Below the pieces are notes generated by a model, which saw only the letters and a program-made list of their open reading frames with translations, had not been told where the DNA came from and did no database searches. This document shows positions 54,070-63,284 of a DNA stretch of 64,000 bases, piece by piece; position 1 is the first letter of the stretch, and every line of letters starts with the position of its first letter. The translations under genes and the position numbers were made by a program. Source of the DNA: a virus; IMG/VR virus record IMGVR_UViG_3300032331_002448, positions 1 through 64,000 of that record, one strand, 5' to 3'.

Positions 54070-54507
54070 ATGAGCCCCTTCAACTTCCGTTCTGTCCAGT
54101 CCCTTGAGCTGTCCAATGATGACAACCCGACGGTCACGATCAAGGACAACATCCTTGTGCTGACTGCTACCAGGGGGACTGAGCAGATTCAGATCACCAC
54201 GCCGATCAAGTTTTCTACGATCATTCAGAACACAGTGACGGCGCCAGTGCGTCACCGTGATTACTCCAGCCGTAGGGGTGTTCCTATTGCTGGTGGAGAC
54301 AAGCGTGCCGGAGAGAAAAATAAGATGGCAAAGCTTACGGATTCTGCTGTTCGTGAAATTCGCATGATCCTTGCCGATGAAGGCATGGTGAAGAAGTATC
54401 CAAATAAAAGTGCTCTGTATCAAGATATTGCAAAAGCTTATGGTGTTCACATGTACACCATTAAAAATGTAGCAACCAACGTTAGCTGGAAGCACATCAG
54501 TATTTGA
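54070..54507 (+). CDS. Protein with HNH-endonuclease-type C-terminal HTH
   Basis: GEKN.MAKLT...VREIR..IAKAYGV....I.....W.HI. Confidence 0.65.
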   Translation: MSPFNFRSVQSLELSNDDNPTVTIKDNILVLTATRGTEQIQITTPIKFSTIIQNTVTAPVRHRDYSSRRGVPIAGGDKRAGEKNKMAKLTDSAVREIRMILADEGMVKKYPNKSALYQDIAKAYGVHMYTIKNVATNVSWKHISI

Positions 54508-54508
54508 T

Positions 54509-54877
54509 ATGAACACTTACCTCTTTCGTGTTCAGCTTGGTGATGGCAAGCCAGTAGAAGCTCCTATCAAAGCGAAAGATGTAGTGACGGCAGTTACAGC
54601 AGGGTATCGCCAGTACCCTGCTGCCAGGAACCTGCATCTTATTTCTGTTATTCATCCTGATCCGCCCGAACCAGTTGTGTACCCTGATCTAATCGAGGAA
54701 TCTCACCCTTTGTTTGGTGATTCAGTTATCAGTGTAAAGAACAGGTCTCCTGATACTAAAGAGAAAATTAAGGAGGCTATTGCTCTTCGATGGAAAGGTT
54801 TGAATTACAGACAGATCGGAAAAGAACTTAATGTTCCTGCCCGTCGTGTTTCTTCTTGGCTCAATCAGTATTGTTAA
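54509..54877 (+). CDS. HTH-domain protein
   Basis: AIALR.KGLNYRQIGKELNV....VSSWL. Confidence 0.7.
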   Translation: MNTYLFRVQLGDGKPVEAPIKAKDVVTAVTAGYRQYPAARNLHLISVIHPDPPEPVVYPDLIEESHPLFGDSVISVKNRSPDTKEKIKEAIALRWKGLNYRQIGKELNVPARRVSSWLNQYC

Positions 54878-54881
54878 TCCT

Positions 54882-55211
54882 ATGGCTGTTAAATGTCCTG
54901 AGTGTCAACAACTGAATAACCGGACTCTAGAAGTTAGAGTTTTGAATGACGACACTGCAGTCAGGCGGCGTAAGCTCTGCAAGGACTGTGGCGCCAGGTG
55001 GACAACCTACGAACGTTATGAAATTCCTTACAACTTTAATGTTTGTGGTTCTAAGAATCACAACTCAGTTCTCTTAGAAAAAAACATAAGAGATATACGT
55101 AAGGAGTTTCATGAAGGAACAAGTTGTTTAGAACTTTCTCGTAAGTACGGTGTTAGTCAGTCAACAATAAGTCGGATTATCCGGCGTGTTACCTGGGGCC
55201 ATGTTGCATGA
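54882..55211 (+). CDS. NrdR-like Zn ribbon fused to HTH
   Basis: CPEC..RRRKLCKDCGARWTTYE plus ELSRKYGVSQSTISRII...W.HV. Confidence 0.75.
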   Translation: MAVKCPECQQLNNRTLEVRVLNDDTAVRRRKLCKDCGARWTTYERYEIPYNFNVCGSKNHNSVLLEKNIRDIRKEFHEGTSCLELSRKYGVSQSTISRIIRRVTWGHVA

Positions 55212-55486
55212 CGGAACCTAAGATCAGTAGTTACTATCGTAACAAAGATGATGAAGTAAGTTATTACTTATCATTGGTTAAGAGGCCACTAAAGAAAAAC
55301 AAAACAAGCAAGTACAGAGGAGTTTGTTATCTTAAACCTAGGAATCTGTACTCAGCTCGTTTGGATTTTAAAGGCCGTAAGTATTATTTAGGTGCTTTTA
55401 AAACTGAAGACAAAGCTGCAATTGCTTGGAACAATGCTGCTCTTAAAATCATTGGACCTCATGTTCCTTTGAATGTTATTGAGTAA
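55208..55486 (+). CDS. AP2-domain DNA-binding protein
   Basis: TSKYRGV..YLGAFKTE..AAIAWN.AA......LN. Confidence 0.85.
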   Translation: MTEPKISSYYRNKDDEVSYYLSLVKRPLKKNKTSKYRGVCYLKPRNLYSARLDFKGRKYYLGAFKTEDKAAIAWNNAALKIIGPHVPLNVIE

Positions 55487-55568
55487 AAGTTAAACGATTA
55501 ATTAATACCCTGGCGTACACAACAGTGTTGTAAGTCCAGGGGTTTTATTTGTTCTTTGCACTTCATTA

Positions 55569-56525
55569 ATGACTACCACGCAAGCCAAGCTTCCTAAGGT
55601 TCCTGACAAAGCACTCGAAGCTTTGACTCAAGGTATTCAATCTGTTCTTGATTCAAAAGATTGGGGAGGATTCTTGTCAGCTATCAAACAGATTCATAGC
55701 TACAGCTTTAACAATCGACTGCTCATTATGAGTGAGCAATTCAAAAGAGGCTGGGAGCTTAGTCCGTTTGTTGCTGGCAAAACTAAATGGAATGAGAAGT
55801 TTAAGCGCCAGCTGAAAGAGGGAGAATATACAAAACCTATCTGGATTCTTGCTCCTGTTCTTGTTGACAAGCTTGATGACAATGGCAAGGTAATCTATAA
55901 ACCAGATGGAACACCTTTCAAGATTGCAATTAGATTCAAAGGTGTGCGTGTTTATGATCAGCATCAAACGCATGGTGAACCTATTCCTGAGGTAAATACA
56001 AATGAAATGATGTCACAATTAACTGGTAATGTGCCAGAGCAATTGTTAAATTGCTTTGTTAAAATTGCAAGGCAACGAAGTGTAGATGTTGATATTAATG
56101 TAGATACTGCAGCTATGCAAGGTGCATTGGGACGTTGCTGGTTTAAGAATGCAGGACGTGCTAGCAAGATTGAATTAGTTCAAGATTTAAATCTTGCAAC
56201 ACAAGTTAGCGTAATGGCACACGAACTTGCTCATGCAATTCTACACAATCGTGACGAATATCTTGAGCATGATTCTAGTTCTATTAAAGAGCTGGAGGCA
56301 GAATCAGTTGCATATCTTGTTTGCTCTCACTATAATCTCGACCTTGGTAATAGAAGCTTTCGGTATATTGTTTATCACAACACTGCATCAGATGATGTTG
56401 TTGCAGACCTTTTGAAATCTGGTAGCAGAATTATTACTGCTTACGAAGAGATCATTGGTAAGGCCGACGCAATGCTTGCACCTGTGTCAAGTTTTGTAAC
56501 GGATAAAGTTTTGGTTCCAGCTTGA
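55569..56525 (+). CDS. ArdC-like ssDNA-binding domain plus ImmA/IrrE-type metallopeptidase
   Basis: YSFNNRLLI..Q, VAG...W, IWILAP, VYD..QT.G; HELAH..H, ELEAESVAY. Confidence 0.8.
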   Translation: MTTTQAKLPKVPDKALEALTQGIQSVLDSKDWGGFLSAIKQIHSYSFNNRLLIMSEQFKRGWELSPFVAGKTKWNEKFKRQLKEGEYTKPIWILAPVLVDKLDDNGKVIYKPDGTPFKIAIRFKGVRVYDQHQTHGEPIPEVNTNEMMSQLTGNVPEQLLNCFVKIARQRSVDVDINVDTAAMQGALGRCWFKNAGRASKIELVQDLNLATQVSVMAHELAHAILHNRDEYLEHDSSSIKELEAESVAYLVCSHYNLDLGNRSFRYIVYHNTASDDVVADLLKSGSRIITAYEEIIGKADAMLAPVSSFVTDKVLVPA

Positions 56526-56536
56526 CAGTAATCTAT

Positions 56537-56560
56537 GCCAGGGAATCCCCCTGGTTTTTT
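56537..56560 (+). terminator. Rho-independent terminator
   Basis: GCCAGGG-AATCC-CCCTGGT-TTTTT. Confidence 0.7.
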
Positions 56561-56563
56561 CTT

Positions 56564-56902
56564 ATGGCACATTCAATTAACACGCGCTTCATTCCTTCCG
56601 AAGAACAGGTAGCTGAATGGCTATCTAAAATCTACGGCATGACATTAAATCGTGCTCCATCTATGCAAGAAAAAATGCTTGCAAAGATAGCAGCTGAATG
56701 GGGATTGCACCAGAAAGAATCCTATGAAGAATTTCTTTTTTCTGAAGGATTATTGACAAGCCAAAAGGTTGTTGATGCTATCAAAAAAGTGGTTATCCCA
56801 ACAATCAATGCTCATGATACAAAAGAAGAATGGATTACTCTTCTTGATGAAAAAGATATTTTAGAGATACTTAATGTAGCTATTGATGCCATGAGGGACT
56901 GA
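56564..56902 (+). CDS. Hypothetical protein
   Basis: ATG 56564; P..EQV.EW..AAEWG distantly echoes the 57001 family. Confidence 0.6.
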   Translation: MAHSINTRFIPSEEQVAEWLSKIYGMTLNRAPSMQEKMLAKIAAEWGLHQKESYEEFLFSEGLLTSQKVVDAIKKVVIPTINAHDTKEEWITLLDEKDILEILNVAIDAMRD

Positions 56903-57000
56903 TGGATTTTTATCATTTGTTTTTAATTTGTGCTGGTTACTGGTTAATTTGTGCAGCTCTTATTTGCCTTGCTAAATCTATTCTTCCTTGACACACAATT

Positions 57001-57351
57001 ATGACTGACACCAACAATCCCTACCCGATCACCCCACCGCCTGAGCTGGTGCAGCAGTGGATCAACGAGGAAGATGGCCTCACTGCGGGGCACATCGCCA
57101 CCCAAGCCGCTCAATGGGGCGCCGACCAGGAGTTGGAGGCGTGCGTGAGCTGGTTAATTAAAAACCAGAATCCACGATGGGCTCTCGCCCTTCAAGACGC
57201 CCGCTGCCCGAAGCCCCTGAGCTTGAAGGAGCAGGCAATGCGCGTCCTCGTTGAGAATGGCACCAACTTAGATGGACGCATGGAGCTTGATTCCACCGAC
57301 ATTGAAACTATCCGCAGCGCACTGGAGGCGCTTCCTAATGATCAACATTGA
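57001..57351 (+). CDS. TPPP.LVQQW / QWGADQELEAC family protein
   Basis: Paralog of 48745..49098. Confidence 0.7.
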   Translation: MTDTNNPYPITPPPELVQQWINEEDGLTAGHIATQAAQWGADQELEACVSWLIKNQNPRWALALQDARCPKPLSLKEQAMRVLVENGTNLDGRMELDSTDIETIRSALEALPNDQH

Positions 57352-57529
57352 CTCCGATCAAGGCCGCATTGGTGAGCTGTGGTGGATCAATTCCGAGCCC
57401 TCAGTCAAGCATCGCGTTGACTTTGGTTTTGACTTTGCTGGTAACCGCGTTCTTATGAACTTAGTGCGTTGGGGAACCTGCGGCATCGGTCGTGACATTC
57501 GTGTTGCAATGGAGCCGGTCAATGACTGA
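57338..57529 (+). CDS. Hypothetical protein
   Basis: GGAGG RBS, ATG 57338. Confidence 0.55.
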   Translation: MINIDSDQGRIGELWWINSEPSVKHRVDFGFDFAGNRVLMNLVRWGTCGIGRDIRVAMEPVND

Positions 57530-57857
57530 CCTTTCACCACAAGCGCAGGCGGTGCTGGATACTGTGCGAGAAATCTGTCCTGCACCGGCTGACGAAATTG
57601 CCGCCGCCGCCCTTCGTGCTGCTGCGGATCAGGTGGTGCCGGGATGGCCGTGCGGCAACGACTGTTGTATAACCACCTGCGAGCAAATCCGTGCTGACTT
57701 CCTTGCCATCGCCGCCGAGCTTACCGCTCCAACATTGATGGAACGCGCCTTAGCTGGCGACAAGGACGCTGCCAGGCAGTTTCTTTTTGAAGCTGGCTTC
57801 ACTGACGAGCACGGCCAACTTACTGGACCTTACAAATCGGAGCAAACTAATGACTGA
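57522..57857 (+). CDS. MTDLSP.AQAV family protein
   Basis: IAAAALRAAADQVVP..LAIAAEL. Confidence 0.65.
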   Translation: MTDLSPQAQAVLDTVREICPAPADEIAAAALRAAADQVVPGWPCGNDCCITTCEQIRADFLAIAAELTAPTLMERALAGDKDAARQFLFEAGFTDEHGQLTGPYKSEQTND

Positions 57858-58086
57858 TTACCGCGCCCTATGCGAGCAATTGATGGAGTTTGCTGAAGGG
57901 AGACGATACGACGGCAGTGCTGTGATAGCCAAAGCCCGTTTCGCCCTAGCCCAGCCCGAGCCGGTGGCTCCAGTGGCGCCGACTGATGAGGAGCTGATTG
58001 ACCTTTTTGAAAAAGACTACTGTCACTTCCACATCTGTTCAGAAACTTTTCTTGACATTGCTCGTTCTGTACTGGAGTTACGATGA
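57850..58086 (+). CDS. MTD(Y/F)RALC family protein
   Basis: Shares MTD.RALC..LAQPEP..T.EE with the next gene. Confidence 0.65.
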   Translation: MTDYRALCEQLMEFAEGRRYDGSAVIAKARFALAQPEPVAPVAPTDEELIDLFEKDYCHFHICSETFLDIARSVLELR

Positions 58087-58631
58087 CTGACTTTCGAGCG
58101 CTGTGCGCTGAGCTTCTTGAGGCATTGGAGAACGCTATTCGCGTGATTTACCGCGAAGACGGCACCAAGCACATCAGTACTGCGGATCCCGTTATTGCTA
58201 AAGCTGATGCCGCCCTGGCCCAGCCCGAGCCGCAGGGGTTGACAAACGAAGAGATTGAAGAAGCGGCAAAGCTGATTCACGCCTCAATGCGTTTTGCCGT
58301 TCCTGACAACCATTACACCAGTGACTGGGTAGAGCATGGCAACTCGCTAATGCAAGACGAAGCTAGAAGGACTGCCCGCGCCGTCCTGGCCCGCTGGGGC
58401 CGCTTTGCCATCGAGCCGGTGCCGGTGAGTGAGCGCCTGCCGGGGCCGGAGGATTGCGATGCGGAGGGGCGGTGTTGGGTCTACTGGACCAGGGGCACGC
58501 GCTGGGTACTTGACCACTGGATAGACGAGGACTTTGAACAATTTTTGGCCGAACCTTTAGTGGAAGGTGCTATTTCCCACTGGCTCCCCCATTGGGCGCT
58601 GCCGGTGCCGCAGCAGAAGGCAGGTCAATGA
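58083..58631 (+). CDS. MTD(Y/F)RALC family protein with DUF551-like C-terminus
   Basis: PVSERLP..DCDAEGRCW..SHWLP. Confidence 0.7.
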   Translation: MTDFRALCAELLEALENAIRVIYREDGTKHISTADPVIAKADAALAQPEPQGLTNEEIEEAAKLIHASMRFAVPDNHYTSDWVEHGNSLMQDEARRTARAVLARWGRFAIEPVPVSERLPGPEDCDAEGRCWVYWTRGTRWVLDHWIDEDFEQFLAEPLVEGAISHWLPHWALPVPQQKAGQ

Positions 58632-58912
58632 AAGCGCCACGGCCTGAGCCCGATTACCGCCCTGGAATGCGGGAGTACGTCCAATGGGAGAAGGAGTGGA
58701 AGGAGAACGGCTCCACTGGGTCGTTCCAGCTATTCCTTATGGACAAGGCTGCGGACTATGCAGCAGACGTTGAGATGCGGCTGTGGTCTGGGATGCTGAG
58801 TGGCGTGGGCTTCATGCACATTGCCGCCACCTACGAGAGGGAGCGCAGGCCTGTTCCGCCCAAGCCTGAGATCCAGCACAACGGTTTTACCTATCGCCTT
58901 GTTGAAGAATGA
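58628..58912 (+). CDS. Hypothetical protein
   Basis: ATGA overlaps at both ends. Confidence 0.6.
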   Translation: MKAPRPEPDYRPGMREYVQWEKEWKENGSTGSFQLFLMDKAADYAADVEMRLWSGMLSGVGFMHIAATYERERRPVPPKPEIQHNGFTYRLVEE

Positions 58913-59535
58913 CAACCACCTTTGTTCACTGCACGCCAAACGCTGAGCAGCTTATCGTCAAGATGGCCAGGGTGAGCAACCCAGCCAACGCCGACAATAC
59001 CGCGACAGCGCCAAAGCTGCTGCGGTACTTGATCAACCACAAGCACTGGTCGCCATTTGAAATGACGAGTCTGTGCATCAAGATCGACACCGAGCGCGAC
59101 ATTGCTGCTCAGATTCTCAGGCACAGATCGTTCAGCTTCCAGGAGTTCAGCACCCGCTATGCCAAGACCATGCTGGCTGAGATCCCTGCACTGCGTCGGC
59201 AAGACACTAACAACCGCCAGAACAGCATCGACGACTTGCCAGATGCGGTGATTGCTGAGATGAACCGCAGAATGTGCGTCCTATTAATAGATGCTCACCG
59301 GCTGTATCAGGACATGCTGGATCTTGATGTAGCTAAGGAGACGGCACGCCGTATCCTGCCGCTATGTACTCCGACCACGATCTACATGCACGGCACCCTG
59401 CGCAGCTGGTTGCATTACATCGAGGTTCGCACTGGCCCTGAAACCCAGCTGGAACACCGGCTGATTGCTGAAGGTTGCCGGGCAATTTTTGCTAAACAGT
59501 TTCCTATTATCGCCGAGGCCGCTTTCCTTGATTGA
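58909..59535 (+). CDS. thyX: Flavin-dependent thymidylate synthase
   Basis: HWSPFE, QILRHRSFSFQEFSTRY, KETARRILP, TQLEH. Confidence 0.95.
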   Translation: MTTTFVHCTPNAEQLIVKMARVSNPANADNTATAPKLLRYLINHKHWSPFEMTSLCIKIDTERDIAAQILRHRSFSFQEFSTRYAKTMLAEIPALRRQDTNNRQNSIDDLPDAVIAEMNRRMCVLLIDAHRLYQDMLDLDVAKETARRILPLCTPTTIYMHGTLRSWLHYIEVRTGPETQLEHRLIAEGCRAIFAKQFPIIAEAAFLD

Positions 59536-59563
59536 TTTAATTACTCCTTAATTTACTAAACAA

Positions 59564-59860
59564 ATGCCTAAAGGATTTGGTCCTCCGCCTAAGTACAAAA
59601 CAAAACAACTTTGGGTTTCTCTTTATAGTCAAGACAATGAAGATGAACCCATGGAAGTTAAACGTTTACAGGTTCCATTTCTGCCAGGGCAGAACCCTGT
59701 AGAAAAAGCAAGGGATCAAGCACGTCTCTGGATGAATGAAAATTCAAACATCTGGGATGTGCTGATCTATGACGGCCCTGATCAAGAGCCAACTAGCGGT
59801 GACGCTATCTTGGTTCGGATGTGTCGGGAACCTTTTAATGAGTGTGTACAGCTTCAGTAA
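59564..59860 (+). CDS. Hypothetical protein
   Basis: 98 aa ORF. Confidence 0.6.
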   Translation: MPKGFGPPPKYKTKQLWVSLYSQDNEDEPMEVKRLQVPFLPGQNPVEKARDQARLWMNENSNIWDVLIYDGPDQEPTSGDAILVRMCREPFNECVQLQ

Positions 59861-60037
59861 TTGTTGTCTGTGTAAGTCATTCTTTAAAAAGATAGGGTGG
59901 GACTTCACCGTGATCAGCGGCAAAGTCCTTCAGTTGCCAGGTAGGGGAAGCGATAAAAACCCTACCTCCCTGGTAAAAAGACCCTGACATCGCTCTTCTT
60001 CGGGCCTCAATTATTCTACCACCTTTTAAAACAAACC

Positions 60038-60199
60038 ATGAACAAGTACACAGCACCAACTATTGTTCTGCTTTTGTGGATGATACTTACTTTTGTTTTT
60101 CTTGTAAACCCTCACCTATCAGGCAGATATCTTGCTGTCTGCAACATCTGCATTTACGTTGGTTCTTTGCTTATGCTTTGGAATGACCAAGATTCTTGA
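60038..60199 (+). CDS. Small two-TM protein (not in ORF track)
   Basis: MNKYTAPTIVLLLWMILTFVFLV..., 53 aa. Confidence 0.45.
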   Translation: MNKYTAPTIVLLLWMILTFVFLVNPHLSGRYLAVCNICIYVGSLLMLWNDQDS

Positions 60200-60443
60200 C
60201 CCTAGAGAGCGGCCTAATGCTTGGCTTCGTTCTGTTCTTCTTGATTGTTTAGAAGATCAGGATCCAGAGTCGAAAGCAATGCTCCAGTATGCCATTGATC
60301 AACTAAGTCAATGGATAGAACCTGGCTTAATAGATTCATTGTTTCATCCATGGATAACTGCGTACCTTGAACTTTTGGATGAATCCGAAAAGAATCAAAG
60401 TAACGCAGGTCCAGAGTGTTTGCTAGAGGATCTTCAGGAATAA
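60183..60443 (+). CDS. Hypothetical protein
   Basis: ATG 60183; overlaps the convergent minus-strand gene. Confidence 0.5.
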   Translation: MTKILDPRERPNAWLRSVLLDCLEDQDPESKAMLQYAIDQLSQWIEPGLIDSLFHPWITAYLELLDESEKNQSNAGPECLLEDLQE

Positions 60444-60906
60444 CTTTTTCAATTTTGAATTGATCCCAAATTTGATCCGTTGAATAGGGAGGTCTATACC
60501 AATAGAACTTCCTATCAACAAAATCAACCAGCCATTCTGGATGTTGTTTATGCCAGCGTAACCAAGCTTTGAATTGCTTGTCAGGTTCTTTTGAGGTGCA
60601 ATCCAGCATCATGCAATCGCCTGGTTCAATGTTCCAACGCATCCGCAATACTGCATTGAATCCTTCTTTGATTGCTTTGATGCCATTGCGGCCTGTCAAT
60701 TGATTGTTGAGACTGCGCCAGCGTTTGTTTTTGCGTTTCCAATACCAGTCATTAATTTGACGTTTGGATTTACCAATAGCAAACCCTACGTTCCATGCCC
60801 AAAACCCTGGCAAGTATTCATTGCATGGCTCCAGAAAAACTTTACAAAGTTGACCGTTAACTTTAAATGTTTGGCTGGTAGTATGCCTGCGTACTCGGTA
60901 GGTCAT
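60214..60906 (-). CDS. Trp-rich hypothetical protein, isolated on the minus strand
   Basis: About 230 aa; ATG 60906. Confidence 0.7.
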   Translation of the reverse strand: MTYRVRRHTTSQTFKVNGQLCKVFLEPCNEYLPGFWAWNVGFAIGKSKRQINDWYWKRKNKRWRSLNNQLTGRNGIKAIKEGFNAVLRMRWNIEPGDCMMLDCTSKEPDKQFKAWLRWHKQHPEWLVDFVDRKFYWYRPPYSTDQIWDQFKIEKVIPEDPLANTLDLRYFDSFRIHPKVQGTQLSMDETMNLLSQVLSIDLVDQWHTGALLSTLDPDLLNNQEEQNEAKH

Positions 60907-60908
60907 GT

Positions 60909-61193
60909 GTGGAAGAATTAATTTCACTGATCCAGAACGATCCTGAATTGTGGGAGATCGTTGATCGGCTTAAGCACCAGGACGAAGACCTGGATGATTT
61001 CATCTTGAGCATAGCTCAGATGCTTTCAATGGAGTTTGAAGAATTGCATCGAACAGATCTCAGCGATAAACTGAGTGCTCTGTTCGGTGGTTTGCCTCCT
61101 ACGGCGTTCCGTATGGCACCATTGATGTTGCACATTGCATTGGATATTTTCTTGATGCGTTCTATTCCTGATCACAATTCAATTCGGGATTGA
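60909..61193 (+). CDS. Hypothetical helical protein
   Basis: 94 aa, GTG start. Confidence 0.6.
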   Translation: MEELISLIQNDPELWEIVDRLKHQDEDLDDFILSIAQMLSMEFEELHRTDLSDKLSALFGGLPPTAFRMAPLMLHIALDIFLMRSIPDHNSIRD

Positions 61194-61196
61194 ACA

Positions 61197-61436
61197 ATGC
61201 AAACAGGATTTGTTCTTTGCAGCCCAGATCTTTCTCGGGTTGTGTGTTTAACGCCAGACAAGAATGGGTTTCAATTAGAGGATGTTGAAAACACTTTAGT
61301 GTTGAACCGTGCCATGTGCTTTCACAACCGCACAGAAGCAAAAAACATCTTAGGTCGCATTGAAGCTCAAGTAAAAAGAGAGTTAGATATTGAAGTTAAA
61401 AATATTGCTCTCCTCTACAAAAAGTTTTACGGATGA
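61197..61436 (+). CDS. Hypothetical protein
   Basis: ATGA-coupled to the polymerase. Confidence 0.65.
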   Translation: MQTGFVLCSPDLSRVVCLTPDKNGFQLEDVENTLVLNRAMCFHNRTEAKNILGRIEAQVKRELDIEVKNIALLYKKFYG

Positions 61437-63280
61437 CTCGTTTCATTCTTGACATTGAAACCAATGGTTTGCTTCCTGTTCTTACAAAGATCCACTCTAT
61501 TGTTCTAAGGAATGTAGACACAGGAGATGTAATTAGTTGTGCTGATGATCCTGATTATTTCAGTATTGAAAGAGGGCTTGATTACATCTCTGAAGCTACA
61601 GAATTGATTGGCCATAACGTCATTAAGTTTGACCTGCCAGTAATTAAAAAGTTGTATCCAGTCCTTACATTGCGTGATGACTGTAAAATTTATGACACTT
61701 TAATTACTAGCAGATTGTTTTGGCCTGAGCTAGATGATGTAGATCATGCCAGGTGGAGTCACATTGATAAGAAGTACGTTGGCAGACATTCGCTTGCAGC
61801 CTGGGGTGAACGCCTAGGTGTTGCCAAGATTGCATTCAAAGAAGAAACAAAGAAAGAAGATAAAGGTAAAGATGTATGGGCTGAATGGACTCAAAGTATG
61901 CAAGTTTATTGCGAACAAGACACTTTGGTTTCATTAAAGTTGTATGAGTATATGTTGAGTCAGGATGCTGATCCTCGTTCAGTTGAGCTAGAGCATGAGT
62001 TTGCAAAAGTAATTGCAAAGCAAGAAGGATTTGGTTTTCCCTTTAATGAGAAAGCTGCTTACGCTTTGGTCAATACATTAAAAGCAAAACGTGGTGAGCT
62101 TGCTGAAGAATTACAGCAAGTGTTCCCTCGTATTGTTCAAGAACGTTGGTCAACCAAAACAGGTAAGCGCCTCAAAGACAACGTCATTGAATTTAATCCT
62201 GCTTCTAGGCAGCAAACTGCTGACCGCTTGAAGGCAAAGTACCCTGAGATTACTTTTGAAACAACAGATAAAGGTAATCCTCAAGTTGATGATGATGTTC
62301 TTGAAGCGTTAGGTAAGAATTATCCAGAAGCTAAGTTGCTTGCTGAGTACCAGCTGCTAAACAAACGGTTAGGTCAGATTGCAGAAGGTAAAGAAGCATG
62401 GTTTAAACACTGCCAGGTTTACGGTGATGGTCGCATCCACGGGGAGGTTGTGACCAATGCTTGCATCAGTGGTAGGTGCGCTCACAAGCGGCCCAACATG
62501 GCCCAGGTACCTAGCGTTGGTCATGCGTACGGTGCTGAATGCCGTGCATTGTTCTATGCCCCAGAGGGTTGGACCCTGGTGGGAGCCGACGCTTCTGGTT
62601 TGGAGCTACGTGCTTTGGCTGCTTGGCTTGCTTACTGGGATGATGGGGAGTACGCCCGTCTTGTCAGTGATCCTGCCAGTGATATTCATACTTACAATGC
62701 GTTAATGTTTGGTATTTATGATAACAATGAACCTATAAGTAAAGCTACTAGGGATCTATCAAAGCGTTTGATTTATTGTATTTTGTATGGTGGCGGAGCA
62801 AAGAAGACAGGTTCAATTATTTGTCCAGAAAAATTTGAAGATCAACAGTACAGACAAGGAAAGAAAACTATTGATACTTTCTACTCTAATCTTCCTGCTA
62901 TTAAATCATTGAAAGATACAATTGATAAGAGAGTTGATGCTAAAGGTTATCTTACAGGTATTGATGGTAGGCGTTTGCAAATTAGATCCAAGCACTCAGC
63001 TTTGAATCAATTGTTACAATCTACTGGTGCGTTATTAATGAAAAAAGCTACTTGTATTTTGCATGATGATTTAGAAGAGCAAGGTTTAAAACATCATAAA
63101 GATTGGGGGTTTTGTGTTTTTTGTCATGACGAATGGCAAATTCTAACAAAACCTTATTGTGTAAATATTGTTGCAGAAACATCAGTTAATGCTATTGAAA
63201 AAGCGGGAAAGTATTTCAATTTGAAATGTTTGTTTACAGGTGAGTATCGGATAGGTCAAAATTGGCAGGAAACACATTAA
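61433..63280 (+). CDS. polA: T7-like family A DNA polymerase with 3'-5' exonuclease
   Basis: DIETNGL, GHNV..FD exonuclease motifs; DASGLELR motif A; KRLIYCILYG motif B (Tyr at the T7 Y526 position); HDE motif C. Confidence 0.95.
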   Translation: MTRFILDIETNGLLPVLTKIHSIVLRNVDTGDVISCADDPDYFSIERGLDYISEATELIGHNVIKFDLPVIKKLYPVLTLRDDCKIYDTLITSRLFWPELDDVDHARWSHIDKKYVGRHSLAAWGERLGVAKIAFKEETKKEDKGKDVWAEWTQSMQVYCEQDTLVSLKLYEYMLSQDADPRSVELEHEFAKVIAKQEGFGFPFNEKAAYALVNTLKAKRGELAEELQQVFPRIVQERWSTKTGKRLKDNVIEFNPASRQQTADRLKAKYPEITFETTDKGNPQVDDDVLEALGKNYPEAKLLAEYQLLNKRLGQIAEGKEAWFKHCQVYGDGRIHGEVVTNACISGRCAHKRPNMAQVPSVGHAYGAECRALFYAPEGWTLVGADASGLELRALAAWLAYWDDGEYARLVSDPASDIHTYNALMFGIYDNNEPISKATRDLSKRLIYCILYGGGAKKTGSIICPEKFEDQQYRQGKKTIDTFYSNLPAIKSLKDTIDKRVDAKGYLTGIDGRRLQIRSKHSALNQLLQSTGALLMKKATCILHDDLEEQGLKHHKDWGFCVFCHDEWQILTKPYCVNIVAETSVNAIEKAGKYFNLKCLFTGEYRIGQNWQETH

Positions 63281-63284
63281 AGAA

